DNA of 64,000 nucleotides from Owenia fusiformis (lineage: Eukaryota): NCBI GenBank assembly GCA_903813345.2, contig CAIIXF020000001.1:20150001-20214000 (forward strand), read 5' to 3'. Positions 42,069 through 54,012 of this stretch are shown piece after piece. Every line of letters begins with the position of its first letter. Within the stretch, counting starts at the first letter, position 1. The position numbers and the translations under genes were made by a program. The notes below the pieces were generated by a model, which saw only the letters and a program-made list of their open reading frames with translations, was not told the DNA's origin and did not search any database.

Positions 42069-42229
42069 ACTGTATATGTGCACTTCAAATTGACCTATAA
42101 AGACTCTCTGGACGACTGGATTTGGGAGAAAATGTCGATTACGTTTTCCCACGGAAGTAACAATCAAGGAGCCTTCGCATTTGAAGAGCTCCTAATTCGG
42201 TAATTAGTAGCGATCTATCGTCCTGCCAT
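42069..42229 (-). other. Candidate non-coding (5' UTR) exon, probably of the DGK gene
   Basis: Strong acceptor (ttttgtttatttatag) and gtaagt donor bracket 161 CpG-rich nt with stops in all three frames. Same strand as, and upstream of, the DGK coding exon, which itself begins with an acceptor. Confidence 0.5.
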
Positions 42230-45200
42230 CTATAAATAAACAAAACGAATAAAATCAACTATGACCAACACTTCAAAAGCCATAATTTTACTACGCAAAC
42301 CTTAACTACTTACACTAATATTGCCACTATGTGCTAACATCCACCATTGAATCTATCTATGGCCAACTTCCCGGGAATTTCTTGAGCATATTACACTGTG
42401 CACCCCCGTACAAATGCCCGGATATTCCTCAATTATTCCGCCATTTTCCTTCTGTAAAGACGGAAATTTTAGAATCGCAATAAATTTACAAATAACTTGT
42501 GACTATGGACACGGAACTGGGAAGTTAGTTGTTCTACAGGTTCAATCAGTTACAAATGAAACTAAGAGGACGAGGAAAATAGATCATATGGAACTATAAG
42601 ACAAGTTTTCAAGGTTTTTTCTTTGGGTTGTTAGTCCACAAAGAAAACATCTGATCTATAAAATGTCGAAGATCTTACCTCGTTCGTTTTATCTTTGCTT
42701 GCTCCATATAGGGTCTTCAGTCCCGACATGAGATTATAGTAAGCATATGGAAAAGGTCTCTAGGGTCAATTGACCTTTTTTCCAGACAATTTGTCATATT
42801 AAATGACAATTTCTCTGGGGTCATTAGACCATCAGAACACATCATGTACAGAGAACGAAATAGTACATGTTCTTCTCTGTGTTATGTTACATGTGAGAGG
42901 TTTTCAATCCAGATAGAAAGTAAGGAAGCCCGAAGAAGGTAGACACTGTGTTTATGCCTTGCAGTACCTTGCCTTACACTGAGGTGTTTCTTTTGGTTGT
43001 CAGTCCATAAGAATACATTATCTGTTCAAGTTTACACAGCTCTCAATTTTTCGTCTCTGTATTCATCACATAAACGTGTTCAGTTCCAGATGAATATGAG
43101 AAATTTGAAAAATATCTATATCTGAAGATGGCTTCAGACAGTCAGAGGTGTTTTTGGTTGTCAGTCCACAATGAAAACACATACGTGTTCAGGAGAACGC
43201 AGACGAAATGGCTTCTTTACTGCTCATGTGTTTTTTGGTTGTAAGTCCACAATGAAAACACATACGTGTTCATAAGAAGTTATCACCTCTTTTCTTCATG
43301 CACAGTTTATAAAAGGACTCCAGTCCCGATATGAATTATGTAATAAACATGAAGAAATAACTACACCAGTAAATTTGTCTTCCAGGATTTGACATGTGTC
43401 ATGCATGGACTGCATGATCCTAGGCTGAAGAAGATATTTCTTCATCTTACAGTAGCGTGATCACAATAAGATGTTCAGATGAAGACAATTGGTTCACATA
43501 CATTTAAATGTATTTAGAAAATAACACCGTATGTTGTAAAATCTGGTGTAGTATTCATGTAATGTTGCATACATAGAACACGTATGCTGACCACAGCTGT
43601 ATAATTGGTTTATTTAGTCCATTCAGTTTTATACTAGTTCTGCGCAGCAGGATAAGTTTGTCACTTATCCATTTGGTTCAGTTATTTCTGGACTGAGTTG
43701 TTTGTCTACTGTTCAGAAAGAGGATAGGCTAAAGATTAACAAGAGTAACTGTAAGATTAACAGTAGGTCTACTGTGAAGTCGTCATCTTCTTCACAGAAA
43801 AGACCAATATAGCATTTTTAGCCTACTCATCTTCCAAGTAGATGTAAAATCTTTTCGAATCAGAGACCTATAAGTTATGGTCTCTGATTGAGCGTTTCTG
43901 TTTTCTCCAAGTAATTGTACATGTTGCTATTAATATATGCTGAAGAAAACGATTCATGGATGCTCACAATCATCCTGTTATTGGTTGATTCAGTCTCTTC
44001 AACAAAGAAGTAGAAGGTGACTTAGATTGTTTTAGTTTTTGAGTCTCTAGACTAGGCCTATCCTTCTAGCCATATTAGCCAACAACTGAACAACACAAGT
44101 ACTTATTCATATAAGAAGTGTTGTAAGCGTTGACAAATGACAATGTCATGAACTTGTCATTTCTGACTGAAATCTTTTTTTTCTCAGGAATCATTTCTGA
44201 ATACTCCTATTTAGCAGTTTAGACTCTATTCCTGGAATATTAACATTCAGAATTGAGTTGGCGGAAGTACCTTCGACATAGGTTACTTTCTCCAGATGCT
44301 TCTCATAAAGCATTCAACTCAGAGTTAATTGTTTGAGGAATTAAGATTACAGTCGAGGTTTTTTGAAAACTTAAAACATTTGGCGGTTTTCAGTTTGCCA
44401 GATAAAGTAAGGTTATGTCTAAAACATCACCTCCGTGAAGGTTTTGTTTCCTTTATTTTACTTGGCCTTGGCAGCTTTTGAAGTCAAAAGTTGATTTTTG
44501 AAGTCTAAGATTACTTTTCAGATCTCTTGTAAGTCAGTTCAAGAGACTGTAAATCAAATTCTGTGCTTTCCCCTACAACCTTGGGTGTTATTCCAAAGGT
44601 TTTATTTTGTGATGAGGGGAAGTAGTTATACTTACTTATAACAAGTCCCTATATCTGTATTCCAGACCATGGGCCTGTTTGCTACCACATCACACACAGA
44701 ATGAATATTTGTTTATTTTGACCTTGTTCAGGTTGCTCAGAGTATAGTCAAAGTGACTTTTAAACACGGTGTTTTACTCAGTGTTTTACTGAGCCAGTCT
44801 CAGTCATGACAGTATCATCATCAACAGGTTCACAGTCGTGCCGTGCTTCTGTGTAAACTTTTGTGTCTTAAATAGCCACACCTTCACTTTGGCAATTTTT
44901 CACACATATGTCTTGTCGTGATCAAATTTTGACCAAGTTATTTTTGTAACAGTCTCATGATTTTAAGAATCACAGACATGACATCCTCTGCTGACTGTTA
45001 TACATATGATCTTTAACGGAAATCTCAGTTTTCCGTGTGGTTTTGGAGATATTTCTATACGAATTATCTTCAACTCCATCTATACTTTATCAAATAGTTT
45101 CATTTTTGAGACAGTACATTTTTTAAGATGTTGTTCTGAGTAGAACACTGAGTTAAGGAATCGTTCTCCCTGAGACTAGTAATGTCACTACCCCCTTAAT

Positions 45201-45250
45201 AGGACAAATATACATCTAAGGTTTATGATGTCAAGATTCCAAGTAATTAA

Positions 45251-45567
45251 CCCTTTCCCGACGTGAATATAAGAGGAAAATGTTGGCCCTGGTGACGGAT
45301 AAGTAAGAGCAGTTTTTAGGGGAAAACTGAAAATTACCTATGCCCGGGGACCTATACCTTGAATTTTATCACTGAAATACATTTTTTAGTAAGGACTATC
45401 GTATTAGAACAACTTGTCAAAATTTGGTGTAAAAATACTGAATAGAACTGGAGATATTATCATTTCATCGATGTATATAAATAAAAATTATGGTGCCAAA
45501 AGGAGCCTATCGTCCTGAAAGGTATTACATAATAAGGCTCCATATGGAGCCCATCGTCGTGAACGGG
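45251..45567. mobile_element. piggyBac-like MITE nested in the DIRS element
   Basis: TTAA on both sides (45247-45250, 45568-45571). TIR ccctttcccgacg versus cccgttcacgacg (11/13). Confidence 0.8.
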
Positions 45568-45669
45568 TTAACAAGGCATTTTGGTGCCCTGTCACAGGAA
45601 TGTTATTCTCAGGAACCACATAGTCATCGGTTCGATTCCTATTAGCTACTGTAGTTTAGTGCTGTTTGC

Positions 45670-45970
45670 CTATTCTATTTGGCAATTGAATAAGGCTTTT
45701 AACGTTGCTTTATTTTCCTCTGTACCATTCACATTTGAGGCAGATGGTGGTCAACCTCTTGAGGTGTTTAACAGAGGATTTCAATGCGAGAATAATTCTC
45801 GTTATATTTATACATGTTATATGGGAACGGTTCTTGAACACTTACTACGTAGATGAAAGTTGCCCAAGAACATTTTTGTGTTCAAAGATGCAAATCATAA
45901 CGTAGTTGTCATATCCACGTTGCTTGACAGCTAGACTTCCTTCAAAATCAGGGTTCATTTTCAACAAGAG
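45670..45970 (+). pseudogene. Decayed DIRS reverse transcriptase remnant
   Basis: Frameshifted pieces SIWQLNKAFNV / PLYHSHLRQMVVNLLRCL / SRYIYTCYMGTVLEHLLRR / LQNQGFIFN resemble DIRS RT (SIDLKDAYFHV..YLRF..FRCLPFG..PRVFTKVM..V..HLR..LGF.IN). The YxDD motif is not intact. Confidence 0.55.
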
Positions 45971-46731
45971 AATGTGAAACACCTGTAGATTTTAAGGATG
46001 AGAAGCGTGATGGGGTTTTTAACACCTATATTGCAAGAAAGCAATATTGTGACATCTGACACTACAGTTCAATTGATGTGTAATACTATTAACTATTAGA
46101 CATCAAGACGTCTCACTTGAATTGTTTGTTTTTCTGATTCAAAGATTATTGATGTTTAGAACATCATAGTCTTATTAATGTGAGTTTGCATTCTAATGAG
46201 TTTTTTTACTCATATTTTAGTGATAGTATACATGTTTGTTTATGACTAAACAGCAATATTAGAAGATACATGAAACGTATATCTTCCCCAGCAACTTTGT
46301 GGATAAATTGCAGGTGTTTCTTACCAAGAGACGCAGAGTTTTTATCACACTATATATGCGATAAGACTAGAATGCTACTGAATTACTTGGTAGTCGTCTT
46401 ATTTACCTGTAATTGTTGTAAATCGAACTCTCTAATGATATTTCTATCATGATATCGTACAAGATTATGCTTTACTAGTCTAGTAAATTTTCTGATGTCA
46501 GCATATATCAGAGGAGGGTTTTCAGAACCAGTTCCTAAATGATCTTGTCCTGATAACTTCTTCTAGAGTCGAATGATTCTTTAAGGTTTTGAGTTAGTGT
46601 TGTGAATCAGTTGAACTTATTCACTCTTAACCATTATAATCCCTTTCTTGGGTTTGTACCAAGATCTAGGATTGTATTCAGCAGGTATCATTTAGACATG
46701 TTTGGATACATGACTATCTAATTAACCGATT

Positions 46732-46820
46732 TTTCAGAAAGTGTTCGGTAATATGCAAGTTTTATTGTTGAATTGTAAACAACCAAGCATACTCGACTAA
46801 TAAGGAGGGTGTACATGGGT
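46732..46820 (+). pseudogene. Decayed DIRS RNase H remnant
   Basis: FQKVFGNMQVLL, a frameshift, then VNNQAYSTNKEGVHG resembles the DIRS RNase H motif VL...DNTT..AYINKQGGT.S. Confidence 0.6.
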
Positions 46821-47059
46821 TCTTCAATGATTGAACATGTGATCCTAATGGCAATGAGTAAATGATGAATCTCTACGTAGTTTATCATTCAGACACAGCT
46901 TAGCCTTTAAGGGTTACAATGCTTTGCAGAAGCACTTATACCAGATGTTTAATATTTAATGTAATTTGGGATTTCGGAGTTATCACAATCCCAAGAATAT
47001 TTAAACAACTGGTGTTCAAAGTTCGAATATCATAAAGAGTCCAACATATGGTAACCGAT

Positions 47060-47395
47060 GTAGTACTTTGTCTCACCTTTACTCAAAAGAGAGAACGAAA
47101 AGTTTGCATTGATTTGAAGAACCAGATACATTTAAGGAACTTCAATAAAATTCCTTTAGATCTTTGGATCAAGCAATTATTAGCTGTTATCTATACATGT
47201 ACAAGGTATACAGAAGTATACACATGTAGCTGTTAAAGAAGGGTCGAAAACGTTATGTCAAGACCAGTAACTACTTCTTCAATCTTTGTTTCTAGAAGTC
47301 GAGTGGAAGATATGTTTAAAGCAGGCACAATGGGCAGCTTAATATACTTCCAAGTCATGTATGTAAGTCTAGGACTATGCAAGAAGATATTCTGA
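47060..47395 (+). pseudogene. Decayed DIRS tyrosine recombinase C-terminus
   Basis: KIPLDLWIKQLLAVIY resembles TISRWIK..I..AY. SRPVTTSSIF..SRVEDMFKAGTMGSLIYFQVMY resembles HSTRA.ATS.A....S.EDI.KAA.W.S...F..HY. The catalytic His and Trp are lost. Confidence 0.65.
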
Positions 47396-47784
47396 CATTT
47401 TTCTTAACTTTATGGCCAATCAGAATGTCAGAATTTGTACTGTGGTATAAGTTCGTTGTTGACCTTTGGTGGTTGAATTACCCCGCCATAGATAGACGTC
47501 CGTTTTTTATCATAGTGGCCAATTGAGTCATATATGAAATAATACTCAGTAGTTTTTTAGCATAGTGAATCTGTATAATTAGTTTTGTTAAGTGTTTAAC
47601 ACAGTTTAAACATTTCACCCCAGAACTTGTATTTGGTTACTAAGTTCCTTAGTCCCGAAGGCTTTAGGATGTAAAGTTGGGTTACCTAAAGTTGTAGGGT
47701 TGATCAATTTGTAGTTTGTTGCAAATTTATTCTATTCCCGTGGTCTTTCTGCTGTTTAACCCACCGCCTACTTGGCTGGGATTC

Positions 47785-47897
47785 AGCACATAGTGGCAAT
47801 ATTAGTGTAAGTAGTTAAGGTTTGCGTAGTAAAATCTTAAAATTTAAAGTAATTTTAGTTTTTATTAGTAAACCATACTTACCTAATATTGCCACTA
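47785..47897. repeat. DIRS internal complementary region (ICR)
   Basis: 47785-47835 is the exact reverse complement of 42285-42335, and 47835-47897 is the exact reverse complement of 48065-48127. Together they spell the circular-junction sequence. Confidence 0.92.
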
Positions 47898-48310
47898 CAA
47901 ATATGTCCCTCCCTCCTCCTCCGCTTACAGCAGAATGTTCATAATTGTTATAGCGGAATAATTGAGGAATATCCGGGCATTTGTACGGGGGTGCACAGTG
48001 TAATATGCTCAAGAAATTCCCGGGAAGTTGGCCATAGATAGATTCAATGGTGGATGTTAGCACATAGTGGCAATATTAGGTAAGTATGGTTTACTAATAA
48101 AAACTAAAATTACTTTAAATTTTAAGAATCTCTCTTATTATACTAAGTATATGTAAATACATGTACTAAGTGTCCCCATGGGTGTTTTGAGAAATTGTGC
48201 AATTTTTAAAATGAAGCATGGCCTTCAAATATGCCCATTTTCTAAAATATGCCTATTTTATAACCGAAACGAACCTCTCCACAATAGATCTAATCAAAAG
48301 GCATGAACAT

Positions 48311-48525
48311 GCAAAATGTCACCACCTGCCATTTGTTACAGACACCAAATGCCATATGCCAAGCACCAAACACCATCGACAGGAAGTAACAATAAAAAAG
48401 GCATAAATATGCAAAGTGATGTGCAAAGGTCACCACCTGCAATTTGTTACAGACACCAAAACCGACCACTGTCCACTTACAACTTGGAGACAATATATGT
48501 CACCTCTTGTTGGTGGTGACATCAA
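48311..48525. mobile_element. HINE-like repeat family copy with internal duplication
   Basis: gcaaaatgtcaccacctgccatttgttacagacaccaaa occurs twice; terminal hairpin atgtcacc...ggtgacat. Confidence 0.65.
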
Positions 48526-48602
48526 AGTAACAACAATTTCAGCACAAGAGGTTTTGCTGTTGGACAATGGTGAAAAAAGTTTAGACCATAAGATGGCTAA
48601 AA

Positions 48603-49620
48603 TACAGGATGGACCAAAACAAGGTAACCCAAACAAATGTTAATGACTGTCTTCCAAAATGGATTTAAAATCACATTTGGCACAATTGAACCTTCTTCAA
48701 TATTCTTTCATTCTATTAAAGGAACATTGCGATTTATAGAGGATAAAATGGTTTAAAATAACACTTTTCTGGCTATAGACTTGATTTCCTGGTCTAATAC
48801 CTTCTTTGGTGAACCTATTTTCTAAATATGCATGATGATCCATTCAAAGTCAATGTTTGACCCATTAAAAAGCCTAATTTATGGTGATAATGTTCTTTTT
48901 ATGATGCGGGCAAGTCAAAACAGTACTATTAGAATCCATAGTAAGCATTCAAAGATCATTTAGAAGCATTAAAATTGAATCAACAGCAAAATTGAAATAA
49001 CTGAAATCTGTTACGTCTTCTTCGCAGACGTCACAGAACACACTTCCAGTTCAGAAATCAGTGATTTTATCAATAATTTTTTTATAGGCATATTGAGAGG
49101 GTGTTTGTGGGCCTCATACCAACCCCCATTTGCCTCGAACCGCCTTTCTTTATAAGACAAATCCCGGCTGGAACAACCCCATTTTCTTAAAACCAAAAGC
49201 TGGGAATGAACCACTCTCAGAAAGGTGAATATTTTTCAGCGAGCAATGAATCACACCTTTATACTAGCTATTTGATGAGTGTGCATACTATATTCCGTAA
49301 TTTGATTGGTCTGTGGAAACTGTTGCCATCTTGCGAACACCCCCCCCCCCATTCCATTCATCATGGGATAATAATTAGAGATGTCTATGAGCAACAAAGA
49401 ACAAATTCACCTGGTGCTTCAAATTAGCCTCCACAGATGAAAGTGGAATTTTGAGGATGTTTTGTAAAATAGCCATTGAATTGTGGTCAGTTGAAATAGA
49501 CCAATAAAATTTGGTAGAAAGAAAGAACATTGAACAAGGTTTAATTGTACCACATATGATTTTAAAGCAATGCTGGACCGAGTTACATTTGTTTAGATTA
49601 CCTTTTTGCCTCACCCTGTA
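48603..49620. mobile_element. Tc1/mariner-like non-autonomous element with long degenerate TIRs
   Basis: tacaggatggaccaaaacaaggtaacc ... gattacctttttgcctcaccctgta. Same TIR family as 57135-58402. Confidence 0.65.
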
Positions 49621-50706
49621 CTGAACACTGGACAAAATGATACTTCAGTTTTGTCACACTGAAATATCAATGAAGTGTAAGGCAAATGGTTGACTAATTC
49701 ATTAGCCTAGATTTTAATTTGTTTTTTTCTTTCTGGTGGTGGAAAGGGTTAGAAATTAAATCACTCATAATGGAAGGAAACAAGAAACATGGAAATATCT
49801 TTATTTCTCTTATATTTTATCAAAATTATGTACATGATAACATACTTTATTTTCTTTATGATAATTACGTCATGTACAACATGACATTGCAAGGTTGTTC
49901 TCAAGTTTATAATAAATAAACATGTAATATTGATATAATTTATTTGTCTATGCATAAATCATCAAATGGCAGTTCTCATTAACCGTCCTCTTGTTATTTA
50001 CAACACAAATCGGTGGAGGGGGTGTGGCACAGTTGGTTATGTTTCATATTCGATAAATTGTACACTTCAAATTTCATATGCCATATTCTTAGAGCCTGAT
50101 ATTCCATATTTTTCTTGGGCATTGGGCCCCATATTCTTAATATTCATTTTCCATAATATTTACCCCTCATATTCTTGATCCATACTAATACTATGCCGTA
50201 TCCTCTCACAAACTGAGCTCTGTCAATATTGAACTCCTCAATTATGTGTTTAATTTATCATTCTCCTCAAATATAAATGATCATGAGGAAGTAATGATCA
50301 ACAAAATACAAAAATGGTAATGCTAGTTTTTTTAATATCAAAATAACATGACAATGCCAAAACCATAATACACTAAATACACCTGGTGGTACAGAATCAG
50401 TTTTTAAAGTTACAAATTGACAGACTGTAGTCTTGCTAGTAGACTGTAGTCCTAGTGAACAACCCCCCCTCCACTACATACCTCCCCACAGTACAAGGTC
50501 TTGTATGTTTCATAGGTCTGTCACTGATATGACTTATTCATTCATTATTCAGAGATCAATTGACCACTAGTATATTGGGAAGACATTACCTGCAGCGGCA
50601 TAATTTTATAAGTAGACAAAGCCTAATGAGCGTGACTTAAAAGAGCAAACAGAACATTCCTTGCGGGATTATATAGGTGTCACATAACTTTTGTAAAGAA
50701 ATTTAA

Positions 50707-51431
50707 AGGATAGGTATCGATATGGAGAACTGAATTCAACAATGTTTTTCTCTTAAACCAATCATTGAAAACATTCTGTAAAAAAACATGGTATTTTATG
50801 TAATGTTGACTGATTGACTAATGCGAAAATTATTTAGAAATATTTTATATAACTGTTTTTGTTAAAATTTTTTTTTTTTTTTTAGTGCAATTGTTTTTGC
50901 TCCTTTCTACCAATTCTTGAGAATGAAATAAAATGTCTTTCCGAACCTTGTCGGAACAAAATAGCAAATACAACATGTTTTTAGACCTCTCAATATTAAA
51001 GTTATACAAAGGAATTTTGGGTTGATTTTAAAAAAGAATTCAAAAAATTAAAACAAAATCCCCCCAAAGTAGATAAAAATAAAGAAAACCTTTTATTTCA
51101 TTAACAAGATACTTTTTTAAAATCAACCAAAATCTCCTTTGTACAATTACAATATTGAGAGACCTAAATGTTGTGTTTATGTCGTTTTGTTCCAATGAGG
51201 TTCGGAAAGATGTTTCATTTCACTCTGGAAAATGATACCAAGAACAAAACAAGTGTTTGATGTGTTTTTTAAAACAATATAGATGAAAGTATGTATATCT
51301 ATTTCAAATTATATTGTTACCATTCAAAACATGGCCATTAAATTGACAATTTGGAAGATTTTCAGAAATTTTTGATGACTGGTTTAAGAGAAATGTGTGT
51401 TCAAAAAGTTCGCCATATCGATACCCATTCT
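50707..51431. mobile_element. Palindromic MITE, Kolobok-like (TTAA|AGG start)
   Basis: TIR aggataggtatcgatatggagaact / agttcgccatatcgatacccattct with long inverted arms. A partial copy lies at ~26352-26590. Confidence 0.65.
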
Positions 51432-54012
51432 TTGGTAAGAAAAAGGAATATTCTAATCAGTAATAGAGTCATAACTGTTCAATATAAAAACAAGAACCAC
51501 TAAGAAATGAAGTTCATGAAATAAAGTTTACAAAGGGGAAAATAAAAAGGTCCGAATGAGTCAAACTACTGCCTGTGATCCCTGACAGCAGCACCTGCAC
51601 CTAGCCAGTCCTTACAAGACCATGACATGTTCGTGAAGCAGATAAGGAGGGGGGGGGCAACAATCTTGAAGCATGACTAACAGACTGAAGAAACTGCAAT
51701 AACACAATTCTGTATGAATGACTTAAATGAACTGAAATAATACCAGACCCTTGTACATGTTGTATTTCTTAGTCCCCTGACAGAGGCAAACCTTAACAGT
51801 TGAACCAAAAACTGAAAATTACACATGAAATAACTTCTTCTGTCAAATGCACCTCGAGAATTGCCTACGTATAGTACTATAAAGAATGGGCCAAAATGTG
51901 TACCTTAATATTTCCATGTGGACCCGATTTAATCTAAAGAAGCACTGATGTCAAAAAAGGTAACCGGCATAATCGAGGGGGTACCAGTGCAGCGGGAAGA
52001 GGTGTGATGGACTACAGAAAATAGAACTTTGATGAGAGCTTTAGGCTGCAGATTACTGAATTTTTTGAAGCAAAACAGTGAAACACACCAGGTTTTAATT
52101 GTAAGAAAAAGTTGGCACCTTTTTGTACAACAGACTTTCAATACATAACAACCTGACTGACTGCAATTATGTTAGTAGAGCTCTTCAAACTTGGAGTTTG
52201 GTGGAAATTAACCAAACTTAATGCATAATACTTATGTTTGCAATTACATACATTTTCAAATGAAATACAGTTATATTTCAAACAAATAATTTACCAATGT
52301 AAACATGTTGTCTTATACTTGTAATCTTGTTAAGATTTATACTAGATATGCGTGTACTATCAATAGTTATTCAAAAACACAAAAAGTGTTTTTAAACAAC
52401 TCATTAATAATCTCAGTCATGTTTCTCATTCTGTGATTGGTTATAAAAAATAACAAGCAGCATTTGAGATAAAAATTCAGTGATATTTCCCTGCAATACT
52501 TTCTGTTCATTGGTAGGTAAGAGTCATAATTTGAAGAATGAATATCTTCTGCAGTCCATTTTTTTAAATCCCTCTATCAGAATGAGGCTCTAATATGAAT
52601 AAACCCGATAGTGATTCCAAAAAGCGAATACTTCCTGCACTTTATTCTCCCATGTAACAGAATGAGAAACATGATTGAATAATAAAGCAAATATTTCATT
52701 CCATTTTCAGGGAAAACCTTTCTCACTTTCAAAAATACACATATATAATATTCCAAGAGATGCACAGGTATTCTCAGTAGAATGAAGGTATCTGAGCAAA
52801 GCTGCAACAAAAGGCCAGTGAGTTGATTTTTTCCATTGCCCGCTAAAAGCGTATATGGTAATACATAGACTGGTTTTTAAGAATCTTGGAAAGGCAGTGC
52901 TATAATCAAATGAACAAACTACCCCAAAAATCTAAATCAGCGACAAATGACTAACAAATGCCCACATTCCATCAAAAAGTATGAAAAAATAATGCATCTA
53001 TTTCATAGGGCTGGCATGGTACAGAATTCTGAACTTGTTCTCTTCTGGAAAACTAAAATTATTTTGGACTTTGTTACTTGTTATAAAAGATACAAGTGAG
53101 AATTTTTTTCTAAATATTGATATTTTGGCTCAATTTCTAGTCATGCATTTTCTAAAATCCAGGATTATAACAAAATTCCAGTGAAGTTACATTCACATTT
53201 GTTCTGCATGAAGTTCTAACATATTTCTTTTTCAGTAATTTAAATGTTATCTTAAAATAAATAACTCTCATCTGAAACAATAACACTGATTTTAGAGATT
53301 TGGCTTGATTAGACCACTTAGTTGGTTGAATGAAAATACTAAGTACCTCTTGGCCAACAAAGTTCCCACAATCCGACTGAAACTTTCTTGAAATAATATA
53401 GATAAGATACACTGTCAAAACAAGTTGTACAATCCCAGATATGAACCATTATCATTAGCACTGCTAATGACCAACAGCATATTTATACAAAATCATAAAC
53501 AGCAAAATAATTACTTTGATTGTTATAACCAAAATTGCCTGTTGTTTTCAGGAAATGTTTCAATTTTAAAATTATAATTTCCAATAGATATGCATGTTGG
53601 ATTCATTCATTTTGCCTTAGAAATTCTTACGAAATCCCCAACACATGTTGTTTTTGTAGCCCCTGAATACTCTGTTCATAGATATTCATCTGTGTAAAGT
53701 CAACATTGGTACACAACTCAGTGGATTTAAGTGGATCTTGTTGAGTGCATTTATGAATGAATACCAAAAATACATGTTATAGAATACAAATATCATATCA
53801 TACACCTCCATATTCTCCCAACAGTTTGTTTGGTTGACATGGTAAATGTGCATAATTGTGACCTTCAATTTAGACTGACCTAGATATTTCTTTGTAAAAA
53901 AGTACTGACAATATTCTTTTTATGATGATGAGATCATGATAAAGGTATTATTAGGTTCACATACATGTTATGGCCTTTCCATTATATTATTATGTAACGT
54001 TGATAAAATCTA

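Larger units (their letters stand above)
42286..48127 (+). mobile_element. DIRS1-type tyrosine-recombinase retrotransposon, non-autonomous/degenerate
   Basis: Inverted terminal repeats at 42315-42441 and 47953-48079. An internal complementary region at 47785-47897 has halves that are reverse complements of the left end (42285-42335) and the right end (48065-48127). Decayed RT, RNase H and YR motifs occur in DIRS order. Confidence 0.9.

Noticed and set aside
43147-43275. CRISPR-like repeat-spacer or hammerhead ribozyme (GAAA-acac-atac-gtgt-TC)
   Set aside because: Eukaryotic context, only two close copies, irregular spacing and no cas genes. No CUGANGA core precedes the putative stem II.
671-53868. 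Remaining 60-110 aa ORFs in the track
   Set aside because: Chance ORFs in AT-rich intronic or repeat DNA, with no recognisable domains or exon signals.
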